From NCBI GenBank assembly GCA_003554585.1, contig PWGV01000163.1, positions 6,071 through 70,070 of the forward strand: a stretch of 64,000 bases of DNA. The letters run 5' to 3'. Position numbers and translations under genes: made by a program. Source of the stretch: Halobacteroidaceae bacterium (GTDB lineage Bacteria; Bacillota; Halanaerobiia; B1SED10-174). How positions within the stretch are numbered: the first letter of the stretch is position 1; each line of letters starts with the position of its first letter. The notes beneath the pieces were generated by a model. It worked only from the letters and a program-made list of their open reading frames with translations. It was not told the origin of the DNA and made no database searches. This document shows positions 1-9,164 of this stretch, in pieces.

Positions 1-34
1 TGCTGTAGCAATTAGCCCCTGGACCCCGCGAAAA

Positions 35-1684
35 ATGACGGATAGAGGTTTTACTTTTTTGTGGCCTGTCCTTGACCCTGACCGGCCGATACCCGTGCCC
101 TCTGATTTTGGGGATGGCCGGACAGCAGGTTTTTCTGGTTATTATCTTCATTTTTTTGCTGAAGAAAAGAAAGAATTCGTGTTTTCCCGCCTGCCCGATT
201 TTTTTCAGCCAGTTCCACTGGGAGGGGAAAACAATTTTTCCGTACCTCCCCGCGATGAAAACACTCTTTTTCCCGGGGTTCCCCTGGGGTTCAACGATGA
301 GGATATTGACTTAATTGCTGCAACGGGTTGGCCAACAGTTGGCCGCCCCAATGTGAACCAGAACAGGGGAGACTATGACCCGGAGGAATTACTCGGGGAT
401 TTACCACGCCTGGAAGGTCTCCTTTTTGATGGGGGTGAAACCTGGGGTTATCCCGAAAATTTGGAAGAAACCGCCCTTCTTCTTGAGGGAAAAGATATCT
501 ACCTTGGTTTTGTTGAGCCTTTTCTCGCCCAGCAAAAAGGGATGAGAAACCTGGGATTGCTCGAAGAAGACCGTGTTCTTCGTTTGCACAGTGTTCAGCA
601 GGGGGAAATGGACAGCCAGTCTCCAGAAAGAATAATTTCTCGTTATATCCGCAGTGTCCGGGAAAGGAACGTCCGCCTGCTTTATTTCCGGCCGGTTTTG
701 GCTGCGGACAGGGGAGACCTGCTTGCTCAAAATGAAGCTCTCCTAAATAATCTAAAGGAACGCCTGGAAGGGCTGGGGTATAGTTTTGGAGAAGGAGGAT
801 ACTTTCAGCCTATAGAAATCAGGGCCTGGATAGTTTTATTTATCTGGGCGGGACTGGTTGCAGCAGGTTTATTGGTTTTGGGCTTTTTTTACCAGTTTTC
901 CAGGAAAAATCAGCTTTTGCTATTTGTTCTGGGCTGGCTGGGGGGAGCCGGGATTTATTTGATTGGTTTTCGAACCCTTTTCCTGCAGGGAGCCCTTTTG
1001 GGGGGAGCCCTGGTATTACCCCTTTTACCCCTGATGGTAGTGCTGGAAAAAAGGAAGGGCCCTTTTTGGCTGGACTGGTTTTTAATTTCCCTGGGGACTG
1101 TCCTGGGATCATTTTTTATCGGAGCCCTTGGGGCGGATAGATCATTTATCCTTGGATTAGAGGTTTTTCGAGGGGTTAAGGTGGCACTCCTATTGCCCCT
1201 AATGATTTTAGCCTATTATCTTTATCGGGAAAGATTTGCGGGAAAGTGGAAAAAGATGCTTCCTTCTCTGCCGGTTTTTATCAGCCTTGGGCTTATGGCG
1301 GTAGCACTGTTCTTTTATATTAACCGCTCGGGAAATTTCCCCCTTATTCCCGTTCCTCAATGGGAAATTGCCCTGCGGGAGTTTCTGGAGCGGGTCCTGG
1401 TAATCAGGCCGCGCTTTAAGGAGTTTATGTGGGGTCATCCCTTCCTCCTGGCAGGATTGTACCTTTTCCGGCAGAGGAAGTGGCCCTGGATTGCAAGTTT
1501 TTCTATTCTCCTGGGGTGCATGGGTTTAATTACAATGATAAATTCATTTACCCATTTCCATACTCCGCTTTGGGTTAGCCTCTGGAGAAGTATCCTGGGT
1601 ATTCTGCTGGGTGCTGGGTTAGGCTTGCTCCTGGTTTTAATTATTCGCTGGTTAGAAGGAGTCCTGGGGAGGGAAAAAATATGA
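35..1684 (+). CDS. Polytopic membrane protein, DUF5693-like, cell-wall polymer associated; function unknown
   Basis: 549-aa ORF. A soluble N-terminal half is followed by about 9-10 hydrophobic helices. ATGA start/stop overlap with the downstream csaB-like gene. The family name is from memory, not from a search. Confidence 0.65.
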   Translation: MTDRGFTFLWPVLDPDRPIPVPSDFGDGRTAGFSGYYLHFFAEEKKEFVFSRLPDFFQPVPLGGENNFSVPPRDENTLFPGVPLGFNDEDIDLIAATGWPTVGRPNVNQNRGDYDPEELLGDLPRLEGLLFDGGETWGYPENLEETALLLEGKDIYLGFVEPFLAQQKGMRNLGLLEEDRVLRLHSVQQGEMDSQSPERIISRYIRSVRERNVRLLYFRPVLAADRGDLLAQNEALLNNLKERLEGLGYSFGEGGYFQPIEIRAWIVLFIWAGLVAAGLLVLGFFYQFSRKNQLLLFVLGWLGGAGIYLIGFRTLFLQGALLGGALVLPLLPLMVVLEKRKGPFWLDWFLISLGTVLGSFFIGALGADRSFILGLEVFRGVKVALLLPLMILAYYLYRERFAGKWKKMLPSLPVFISLGLMAVALFFYINRSGNFPLIPVPQWEIALREFLERVLVIRPRFKEFMWGHPFLLAGLYLFRQRKWPWIASFSILLGCMGLITMINSFTHFHTPLWVSLWRSILGILLGAGLGLLLVLIIRWLEGVLGREKI

Positions 1685-2781
1685 AGAAAATAGTTATCTC
1701 TGGATATTACGGTTTTAATAATCTGGGTGATGAGGCAATTCTTCATGCCTTTCTGGAAGAAGTAAAAAGCTGGAATGAAGATATAAGTGTTACAGTCCTT
1801 TCTGGCAATGAGAATTTTACTTCCCAGACCCACAGCGTTTTCAGTGCGCCTCGCTGGCCTCTTCCGGAGGTTAAGCAAACAATGGAAGATTGCGATTTCT
1901 TTATAACCGGCGGGGGAAGCCTCCTGCAGGATAAAACTGGAGTTAAATCCATCCCCTATTATCTTGGGCTGAATAAAATTGCCCGGAAGGAAGGGGCGAT
2001 GACAGCTCTTTTCTCTTGTGGGGTTGGCCCCATTAATCGCCCTTATTTAAGGTGGTTAAGCCGGCAGGAACTTGATAAATTTGATTTTTTATCTGTGCGG
2101 GACGAATTTTCTCGAGAACTGCTGGAAGAAATAGGTGTTAAAAAAGATATCGAGATAATTCCGGATCCAGTTTTTCTCCTCTCGCCTCCAGAAAATGATC
2201 GGGGAAAGGATTTCCTGGAAAGGGAAGGAATTTCCGGACGAGGCCCCAGAGTTTTAATAGCTCCCAGGACAAATCCGGGGGATAAAAATATTAAACCTGA
2301 ACCCTGGATTGAAGTTTGCCAGCGACTCCAGTATGAACTTGGCGCAGGAATAATTATCTGGCCCATGCACTTTGAGCAGGATTTTGAATTAAGCAAGGCT
2401 ATTAGCGAAAGGGTTTCCGGAGTTTCAGTTCTGGAAGGGAACTATTCCTTACCCCGCTTTTTGGAAATACTTAAAGCAACGGACCTGGTAATCGGTGTTC
2501 GCTTCCACGCTCTTTTAATGGGAGCTGTTGCTGGAAGCAACCTACTTGGAATTTCCTATGACCCCAAGGTTAAAACCCTCCTGGGGCAACTGGGACTTCC
2601 CTCGGATTTTGAATTGGGAGAATTCTCTCCTTCAGCAGTTGCCCTGAGGGCCGAGAGAATTTTAGATGGAGGTTGTGTTGAACAAAAGGAACTGGGAGGG
2701 AAAGTTGAAAACCTCCGGGAAAAGGCCCGCAGGGGCATGAACCTGCTCAGGGATTTTATTGGGGGGGAATTTTATGGGTGA
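1681..2781 (+). CDS. csaB: Polysaccharide pyruvyl transferase CsaB
   Basis: N-terminus MKKIVISGYYGFNNLGDEAIL and C-terminal VIGVRFHALLMG are typical of CsaB-type pyruvyl transferases. Translationally coupled to both neighbours. Confidence 0.85.
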   Translation: MKKIVISGYYGFNNLGDEAILHAFLEEVKSWNEDISVTVLSGNENFTSQTHSVFSAPRWPLPEVKQTMEDCDFFITGGGSLLQDKTGVKSIPYYLGLNKIARKEGAMTALFSCGVGPINRPYLRWLSRQELDKFDFLSVRDEFSRELLEEIGVKKDIEIIPDPVFLLSPPENDRGKDFLEREGISGRGPRVLIAPRTNPGDKNIKPEPWIEVCQRLQYELGAGIIIWPMHFEQDFELSKAISERVSGVSVLEGNYSLPRFLEILKATDLVIGVRFHALLMGAVAGSNLLGISYDPKVKTLLGQLGLPSDFELGEFSPSAVALRAERILDGGCVEQKELGGKVENLREKARRGMNLLRDFIGGEFYG

Positions 2782-3520
2782 GAAAGTTGATGTCCTAGGT
2801 GTCCCAGTTCACCCGGGAACCCTTTCCCAGGCCCGGGAAAGGGTTTTTTCTTTGCTCTCGGAAGAAAAACGGGGGAATGCAGTTTTTAGCATAAATCCGG
2901 AAATTGTAATGGCCGCGAAAAAAGACCGGTCTTTTGCAGAAATACTAAAAAAAGGTAGTTTGAACCTCCCGGATGGAATAGGTGTGGTCTGGGCTTCCCG
3001 CTTGCTCGGGAAACAAGTGCCGGAAAGGATTGCAGGTTACGATCTCGTGCGGGAAATCCTGCCCGAATGTGCCCGCCGCGGTTACAGGGTTTACCTGCTG
3101 GGGGGGAAACCAGGCGTGGCCCGGGAAGCAGGAAGGAAAATTGAAAGAGAATACCCTGGATTGAAGGTGGCTGGAACCAGCCATGGTTATTTTTCCGGGG
3201 AAGAAACTGAAAAAATTCGGGAAGAATTGAGACAAGCAGCACCTGATGTCCTTTTGGTTGGGCTGGGATTTCCCCGCCAGGAACGTTTTATCGCTGAAAA
3301 TGCGGAAGCCCTTGGAATTCCCGTTAGCCTTGCTGTGGGAGGAACCATTGATGGCCTGGCTGGAAGGACCAGAAGGGCACCAGTTTTTTTGCAGCGGATC
3401 GGGCTGGAATGGTTATACAGGATAATTAGAATGCGGCGCTGGGATAGATTTCTTTCCCTGTCCCGGTTTGTAGTACTGGTTCTTTTAGTTAAATTGAAGG
3501 GAGGGGCACGGAGTGAATAA
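2774..3520 (+). CDS. WecG/TagA/CpsF-family glycosyltransferase (ManNAc transferase-like)
   Basis: VDVLGVPV start, INPEIVM, LPDGIGVVWASRLLG and GLGFPRQERF are family hallmarks. ATG 2774 preferred over TTG 2759. Confidence 0.85.
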   Translation: MGEKVDVLGVPVHPGTLSQARERVFSLLSEEKRGNAVFSINPEIVMAAKKDRSFAEILKKGSLNLPDGIGVVWASRLLGKQVPERIAGYDLVREILPECARRGYRVYLLGGKPGVAREAGRKIEREYPGLKVAGTSHGYFSGEETEKIREELRQAAPDVLLVGLGFPRQERFIAENAEALGIPVSLAVGGTIDGLAGRTRRAPVFLQRIGLEWLYRIIRMRRWDRFLSLSRFVVLVLLVKLKGGARSE

Positions 3521-4367
3521 ATTTTGGGGAGTAATTTTTGACCTTTTTATGATAATTGTTGGTTGCCTGATTACTGCAGCAGGCCTCCTCATTTTCCTTA
3601 TCCCCAATAAAATTGCTGCAGGGGGAGCAAGCGGGCTTGCAACGATTATTTACCATATCTGGGGTTTTCCCGTGGGAGCAGTTATTTTATTGATCAATGT
3701 GCCCCTTTTTATCATAGGTTTATTTTTATGGGGCTGGCAGATGGGCTGGAGGACTCTTTTTGCTACCCTGTTTTTAAGTGTTTCCCTGGATGTAATGGCT
3801 CCGTACATGGAGCCTGTGACAAATGATCCCCTGCTCGCATCCCTTTATGGGGGTATTGTTTCTGGTTTAGGAATGGGTCTGGTATTCCGGGCCCGGGGAA
3901 CAACCGGGGGAACAGACCTCGCTGCGAGACTTTTTAACCACTTTTCGGGGATTTCGATTGGTCAGGGCCTTATCCTGGTTGATGGACTGATTGTTCTTGC
4001 TGCGGGAGTGGTTTTTAGTCCAGAACTGGCTCTTTATGCCGCAATTTCAATTTTTGCTCTGGGTAAATCAATTGACCTGGTTCAGGAGGGTATTGGTTTT
4101 GCCAAAGCGGCATTAATTGTCACCGACCAGAAAAGGGAGGTTCAGGAGCAAATAATCGAGCGCCTGGGTCGGGGGGTAACTGGTTTACGAGCCACCGGTG
4201 GTTATACCGGGCGGGAGAAGGATGTGCTGATCTGTGTTATTTCCCGGACGGAAATTTCCAAGCTGAAAAAAATTGTTAGCATGGTGGATCCCAGAGCTTT
4301 TGTTATTATTACAGCGGCAAACGAGGTTTTAGGGGAAGGATTTAAGGAGGACTGGAAGAATATCTAA
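3513..4367 (+). CDS. YitT-family membrane protein with C-terminal DUF2179 domain
   Basis: AAGGASGLATIIYH motif, 5-6 TM helices, and a soluble C-terminal domain (RGVTGLRATGGYTG). GTG start 6 nt after a GGGAGGGG RBS. Confidence 0.85.
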   Translation: MNKFWGVIFDLFMIIVGCLITAAGLLIFLIPNKIAAGGASGLATIIYHIWGFPVGAVILLINVPLFIIGLFLWGWQMGWRTLFATLFLSVSLDVMAPYMEPVTNDPLLASLYGGIVSGLGMGLVFRARGTTGGTDLAARLFNHFSGISIGQGLILVDGLIVLAAGVVFSPELALYAAISIFALGKSIDLVQEGIGFAKAALIVTDQKREVQEQIIERLGRGVTGLRATGGYTGREKDVLICVISRTEISKLKKIVSMVDPRAFVIITAANEVLGEGFKEDWKNI

Positions 4368-4391
4368 ACTCTTTTCTTAAGGAGAGTTTTT
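4366..4391 (+). terminator. Weak intrinsic terminator after the yitT-like gene
   Basis: AAACTCT (4366-4372) pairs with AGAGTTT (4383-4389), followed by a short T run. AT-rich stem. Confidence 0.4.
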
Positions 4392-4558
4392 AGTTGCTTC
4401 CCGGAGGTTGCCAAAACCCCAAGGGTTATAGTATGCTAGAGAATGTCTCTCCATTTTGGTTAGCAGTTGAATTTTCCTGTGGAGAATATTGTTAAGAGGA
4501 TTAGGAATTTGCTTATAGAATTAGAGTATTGAAACCCAAAAAGAGGTTGGTGATAGTA

Positions 4559-5869
4559 ATGCGTTCACGCTTAGTTTTGCTTGTACTTGCAATCGCTTTA
4601 CTGGGGAGTTTAATGTCCCCGCAGGAGGTTCAAGGCTCAGACAGGCGTATTTATATGCTGGAATACGCCTATCAATATATTCAGCATTATTATGTAGAAC
4701 AGGTAGAGGCGGAAAAACTGGCCGAAGGTGCCATTGAGGGAACACGAAAAGTCCTGGAAGAATACAGAGATGAGCTTGCAGAAAATGACTGGGAACAATT
4801 GATAGGGAAATTGGATGACAACCCTTCCTCTCGTTCACCTTTTCGAGGGGTAGAGAATCTTTATCGCCTGGTTCTTGATGAATACCGGGATGTCATTGAT
4901 CCCGACGAGGTGGTTGAAGGCGCCCTGGCCGGGATGATGGAGCAGATCGATCCATATTCCCATTATATGAACCCTGAAAGGTACGAAGAAATGCAGAGGG
5001 AAATGGAAGGGGAATACGGAGGAATAGGCGTCCTTATAACCCTCCGGGACGATAGAGCGACGGTTGTTGAAGCTTTTGATAATACTCCTGGGTACCAGGC
5101 AAACCTGCAGCCGGGAGATGTTATTATGGAAGTAGATGGAGAATCTACTGAAGGGATGCTCCTCAATGATGTTTCCAGCCGGATCCGGGGACCCAAGGGA
5201 ACCCAGGTCAATTTGACAATTTACCGGCCGGAGACAGAGGAAGAATTTGATGTAGATATTACCAGGGAAACAATAGAAATACCAAATGTTACCGGGGAAA
5301 TGAAGGAAAATAATATTGGCTATATTTCGATAATGCAGTTCATGGAAAATACCGGGGAAAAAGTTGCGGGGAAAATATATGATTTGAAGGAACAGGGGGC
5401 CGATAAATTTATCATTGACCTCCGGGGTAATCCGGGGGGCCTTTTAAAAGAAGCCGTTAATGTTGCCAGCCTGTTTATGCCCAGAGGATCTGTGGTCCAT
5501 GTTGCAGACCGCAGTGGGATCAGGGAAGTTCTGGAAACCAATCCCAACTACACACCTCTTGATCTGCCCCTGGTGGTCCTGGTTGACATGGGAAGCGCCA
5601 GCGGTTCTGAAATAGTGGCTGCTGGAATCCAGGAACAAGAAGTTGGAACCCTGATTGGAGAGAACACATTTGGAAAAGCAACTGTTCAGTCAATTCTTCC
5701 CCTGCCCGATGGTTCCGCCCTGCGATTAACCACTGCTCGTTATTATACCTCCAAACAGGTTTTTATCGAGGAAGATGGGGTTGAACCTGATATAATTGTT
5801 GAGAGAAGCGAGGACCTTGAGGAGGATAAACAACTGGAAGAAGCGATTGGGTTCCTTTCTGATAAATAA
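4559..5869 (+). CDS. Carboxy-terminal processing peptidase, S41 family (CtpA/CtpB-like)
   Basis: Signal/anchor MRSRLVLLVLAIALLG, a PDZ region (GGIGV...PGDVIMEVDG), IIDLRGNPGG, GSASGSEI (Ser nucleophile) and FGKATVQ (Lys). ATG 4559 preferred over TTG 4529. Confidence 0.85.
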   Translation: MRSRLVLLVLAIALLGSLMSPQEVQGSDRRIYMLEYAYQYIQHYYVEQVEAEKLAEGAIEGTRKVLEEYRDELAENDWEQLIGKLDDNPSSRSPFRGVENLYRLVLDEYRDVIDPDEVVEGALAGMMEQIDPYSHYMNPERYEEMQREMEGEYGGIGVLITLRDDRATVVEAFDNTPGYQANLQPGDVIMEVDGESTEGMLLNDVSSRIRGPKGTQVNLTIYRPETEEEFDVDITRETIEIPNVTGEMKENNIGYISIMQFMENTGEKVAGKIYDLKEQGADKFIIDLRGNPGGLLKEAVNVASLFMPRGSVVHVADRSGIREVLETNPNYTPLDLPLVVLVDMGSASGSEIVAAGIQEQEVGTLIGENTFGKATVQSILPLPDGSALRLTTARYYTSKQVFIEEDGVEPDIIVERSEDLEEDKQLEEAIGFLSDK

Positions 5870-5891
5870 ACGAGGGACAGGAGGTAGGCCG

Positions 5892-7064
5892 GTGCGAATT
5901 GGGTTTTTTAGCGAGAGTTATTACCCATATATAAGCGGGGTAGTCCGCTCCATTGACCTTTTTAGCAGGGAATTGCGGAGTCTGGGCCACGAGGTTTATA
6001 TCTTTGCCCCAGACTATTATGACAGCAAAGAAGAAAAATTTGTTTACCGCTTTCCCTCGGTGCCCACGCCCAATGCACCGGGTTTTCGCCTGCCCATTCC
6101 CTATATGCCTAAATTAACGGGAACAATCGAAAACCTGGACCTGGATATCATCCATACGCACTCACCCTTCCTGATGGGACGTTTAGCCTCCGCCCTGGCC
6201 AAGAAACTAGAGCTTCCTCTTGTTTTTACCTATCATACCAAGTATGAGCAGTATGTCCACTACGTTCCCTTCGCCCGCAAAACTGCTCGCAGGGTAACAA
6301 TAAAACTCACCCGGGATTTTTGCCAGCGATGTGATGCCGTAATCGCCCCAACGGAATACGTAAAAAAAATGCTTGAGCGCGAGGGTATTACTACACCTAT
6401 AGAAATAATTCCTACGGGTGTAGAACTGGATAAGTTCAGGGATGGAAGCACGAACTGGCTGCGCCGGAGGTACAGATTCCAGAAGGAAGATGAAATTCTT
6501 CTCTATGTGGGGCGGCTGGGAGAAGAAAAGAACCTCCCATTTCTCCTGGAAGTGGTCAGGGATTTGATGAAAAAAAATCCCCGGTTGTATCTCCTCCTGG
6601 TTGGTGGAGGGCCTGATGAAAAGCAATTCAGGCGGATGGTCAACGATTGGGACCTGGAACACAGGATTATTTTTACTGGAGTAGTTAGTCCCCGCAAGGT
6701 GGTCGACTATTACCTGGGGGCAGATGTTTTTGTTTTTCCATCTGTTACAGAAACCCAGGGACTCGTGATTCTTGAAGCCATGGCAGCAGGCCTGCCTGTT
6801 GTTGCGATGAATAGAGAGGGGCCTTCCACGGTAATTGACTCTGGTAAAGACGGGATCCTTGTTCAACCCAATAAAACGAGTTTTAAACAGGGTCTGCTCC
6901 AGATTTTAGAAAACCCTCAGTATCGGGATGAATTGAGAGCAAATGCCGGGGAAAAAGCCCGTTCCCTTTCCTCGGTGGAAATGGGACTCAGGCTGGAAAA
7001 ACTTTACCGGGGATTACTGGCATCTAAAGATGCTCAAAAGGAAACAAACAGGAGCCAGAGCTGA
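5892..7064 (+). CDS. GT4 (group 1) glycosyltransferase
   Basis: VRIGFFSESYYPYISGV N-terminus, and C-terminal FVFPSVTETQGLVILEAMAAGLPVV (EX7E-type motif). GTG 5892 lies behind a GGAGGTAGG RBS. The upstream part of the listed ORF overlaps ctp. Confidence 0.85.
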   Translation: MRIGFFSESYYPYISGVVRSIDLFSRELRSLGHEVYIFAPDYYDSKEEKFVYRFPSVPTPNAPGFRLPIPYMPKLTGTIENLDLDIIHTHSPFLMGRLASALAKKLELPLVFTYHTKYEQYVHYVPFARKTARRVTIKLTRDFCQRCDAVIAPTEYVKKMLEREGITTPIEIIPTGVELDKFRDGSTNWLRRRYRFQKEDEILLYVGRLGEEKNLPFLLEVVRDLMKKNPRLYLLLVGGGPDEKQFRRMVNDWDLEHRIIFTGVVSPRKVVDYYLGADVFVFPSVTETQGLVILEAMAAGLPVVAMNREGPSTVIDSGKDGILVQPNKTSFKQGLLQILENPQYRDELRANAGEKARSLSSVEMGLRLEKLYRGLLASKDAQKETNRSQS

Positions 7065-7081
7065 TACTGGCTCTTTTTTTT
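7052..7081 (+). terminator. Intrinsic terminator overlapping the GT4 stop codon
   Basis: GAGCCAG (7052-7058) pairs with CTGGCTC (7067-7073), followed by T8. Confidence 0.7.
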
Positions 7082-7093
7082 CTAAATTTTTGA

Positions 7094-7122
7094 TTGCAGG
7101 AAAAAACTTTTTGGGTTATAAT
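7094..7122 (+). promoter_or_regulatory. Sigma-A-type promoter of uvrBA
   Basis: TTGCAG (7094-7099), 17-nt spacer, TATAAT (7117-7122). Confidence 0.6.
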
Positions 7123-7127
7123 ACTAT

Positions 7128-7141
7128 AGAACGTATGTCCG
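7128..7141 (+). promoter_or_regulatory. Candidate LexA (Cheo-type SOS) box
   Basis: AGAACGTATGTCCG has one core mismatch to GAAC-N4-GTTC. It lies 6 nt downstream of the -10 and immediately upstream of uvrB. Confidence 0.5.
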
Positions 7142-7151
7142 TATTTTAGAG

Positions 7152-9164
7152 GTGAGAAGATTGGGAGTTTTTAATTTACGAACCGAAATGGCCCCCAGGG
7201 GAGATCAACCCAAGGCCATTGATGAGCTGGTTGAGGGTTTCCAGGCAGGGTCCCTTGGTCAGACCTTACTTGGAGTTACTGGATCGGGAAAAACCTTTAC
7301 AATGGCTCATACCATCGCCCGGCTGGAAAAGCCAGCCCTGGTTATTGCCCACAACAAAACACTTGCTGCCCAGCTTTGCAGCGAATTCCGGGAGTTTTTT
7401 CCCAATAACGCCGTAGAATTTTTCGTTTCCTATTACGACTACTATCAACCCGAAGCCTATATCCCCCAGTCCGATACCTATATCGAAAAAGATGCTACAA
7501 TAAATGAAGATATTGAAAGGCTTCGGCTGGCAGCGACTTCTTCGCTCCTGGAAAGAAGAGATGTGATCATTGTTGCTTCCGTTTCCTGTATCTATGGTCT
7601 CGGTTCGCCTACAGACTACCTGGACCTCAGGTGCGAACTGGCCCGAGGCATGGAAAAGGACCGGGAGGAAATATTGCGGCAATTAACAATTATGCAGTAT
7701 TCCCGCAATGATCTTGATTTGACTTTCGGTCGTTTCCGGGCCAGGGGAGATACCCTGGAAATTTTCCCCGCTTATGATAGCCGGGCTTTAAGGGTAGAAT
7801 TATTCGGGGATGAAATAGAAAGGATTGTCAGGGTGGATACCCTGACCGGGGAAGCTTTAGAAGAACTTGACCATATCACCATTTATCCTGCATCTCACTT
7901 TGTAACCCCCGAGGCGAAAATAAAAAGGGCCCTTAAAACCATTGAAGAAGAACTGGAAGAGCGCCTGGCTGAATTAAAAGAACAGGACAAGCTTTTGGAA
8001 GCCCAGCGCCTGGAACAGCGGACCCGGTATGACATGGAAATGCTGGAGCAGATGGGTTTTTGTACCGGGATTGAGAATTATTCCCGGCACCTTGCAGGCC
8101 GCTCCCCGGGCAGCAGACCGCACACCCTGTTGGATTACTTCCCAGAAAACGATTTTCTTGTTATAATAGATGAATCCCACATGACCATCCCCCAGATCGG
8201 TGGTATGCACGCGGGGGACCGGTCCCGCAAGGAAAAGCTGGTGGAGTACGGGTTCCGGCTGCCATCTGCTCTTGATAACCGTCCCCTGAATTTTCAGGAA
8301 TTTGCCCGGATCGTTCCCCAGGCCATGTATGTATCTGCGACTCCGGGGCCATATGAAGAAAAAAACAGCGCCCGAATTGTAGAGCAGATTATCAGGCCCA
8401 CCGGGCTGGTCGATCCCCAAGTATTGGTCCGGCCCGTGAACGGACAGGTCGAGGACCTCTATTTCGAAATTGAGGAGGTTACCGGCAGGGGAGAAAGGGT
8501 GCTGGTTACAACCCTGACCAAGAGGATGGCCGAAGATTTAACCGAGTACCTTGCTGACATGGGGATAAAAGTCCGGTACCTGCACTCTGAGATTGATACC
8601 CTGGAAAGACTGGAAATAATCCGGGATTTACGCCTTGGGGAATTTGATGTGCTGGTAGGAATTAATCTCCTGCGGGAGGGGCTTGATCTACCCGAGGTTT
8701 CCCTGGTTGCCATACTTGATGCCGACAAGGAAGGGTACCTCCGTTCGGAAAGGGCCTTAATTCAGACCATAGGCAGGGCGGCCCGGAATGTAAGAGGCCG
8801 TGTGGTCATGTATGCGGACCGGATAACCCCTTCTATGGAAGCTGCAATAGGGGAAACCGAGCGGCGCCAGCAAAAGCAAAAAGAATTTAATGAAAAACAC
8901 GGAATAGAACCCAAATCGATTATCAAGGCAGTTCGAGAGGTGATTCGCCCGGTCGATATGGTGGCTGATAAACTGCGAGAAGACAGGACCAGAGATACTG
9001 GTGAAAAGAAAGAAAGAAGCCCAAGGGAAATCAGGGCACTGATAATAGAGCTGGAAAAAGAGATGAAGGAAGCAGCGGACCGGCTGGAATTTGAGCTGGC
9101 TGCGCAGATTAGAGACGAAATTAAAGAACTGGAACAGGAGCTGACGGCACATGAAGTCGGGTAA
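7152..9164 (+). CDS. uvrB: Excinuclease ABC subunit B
   Basis: [25 protein letters not shown] and a C-terminal UVR domain ([15 protein letters not shown]). The start could be GTG 7152 or TTG 7161. Confidence 0.97.
   Translation: MRRLGVFNLRTEMAPRGDQPKAIDELVEGFQAGSLGQTLLGVTGSGKTFTMAHTIARLEKPALVIAHNKTLAAQLCSEFREFFPNNAVEFFVSYYDYYQPEAYIPQSDTYIEKDATINEDIERLRLAATSSLLERRDVIIVASVSCIYGLGSPTDYLDLRCELARGMEKDREEILRQLTIMQYSRNDLDLTFGRFRARGDTLEIFPAYDSRALRVELFGDEIERIVRVDTLTGEALEELDHITIYPASHFVTPEAKIKRALKTIEEELEERLAELKEQDKLLEAQRLEQRTRYDMEMLEQMGFCTGIENYSRHLAGRSPGSRPHTLLDYFPENDFLVIIDESHMTIPQIGGMHAGDRSRKEKLVEYGFRLPSALDNRPLNFQEFARIVPQAMYVSATPGPYEEKNSARIVEQIIRPTGLVDPQVLVRPVNGQVEDLYFEIEEVTGRGERVLVTTLTKRMAEDLTEYLADMGIKVRYLHSEIDTLERLEIIRDLRLGEFDVLVGINLLREGLDLPEVSLVAILDADKEGYLRSERALIQTIGRAARNVRGRVVMYADRITPSMEAAIGETERRQQKQKEFNEKHGIEPKSIIKAVREVIRPVDMVADKLREDRTRDTGEKKERSPREIRALIIELEKEMKEAADRLEFELAAQIRDEIKELEQELTAHEVG

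Noticed and set aside
6207-6866. Long antisense ORFs inside well-supported genes. Examples: 6207-6866(-), 7266-7682(-), 9448-10014(-), 10909-11814(-), 26793-27587(-), 30104-30583(-), 48548-49081(-), 59536-60021(+).
   Set aside because: Each lies fully within a gene that has strong family motifs on the opposite strand. They have low-complexity, Arg/Ser/Pro-rich composition and no RBS. These are typical shadow ORFs.
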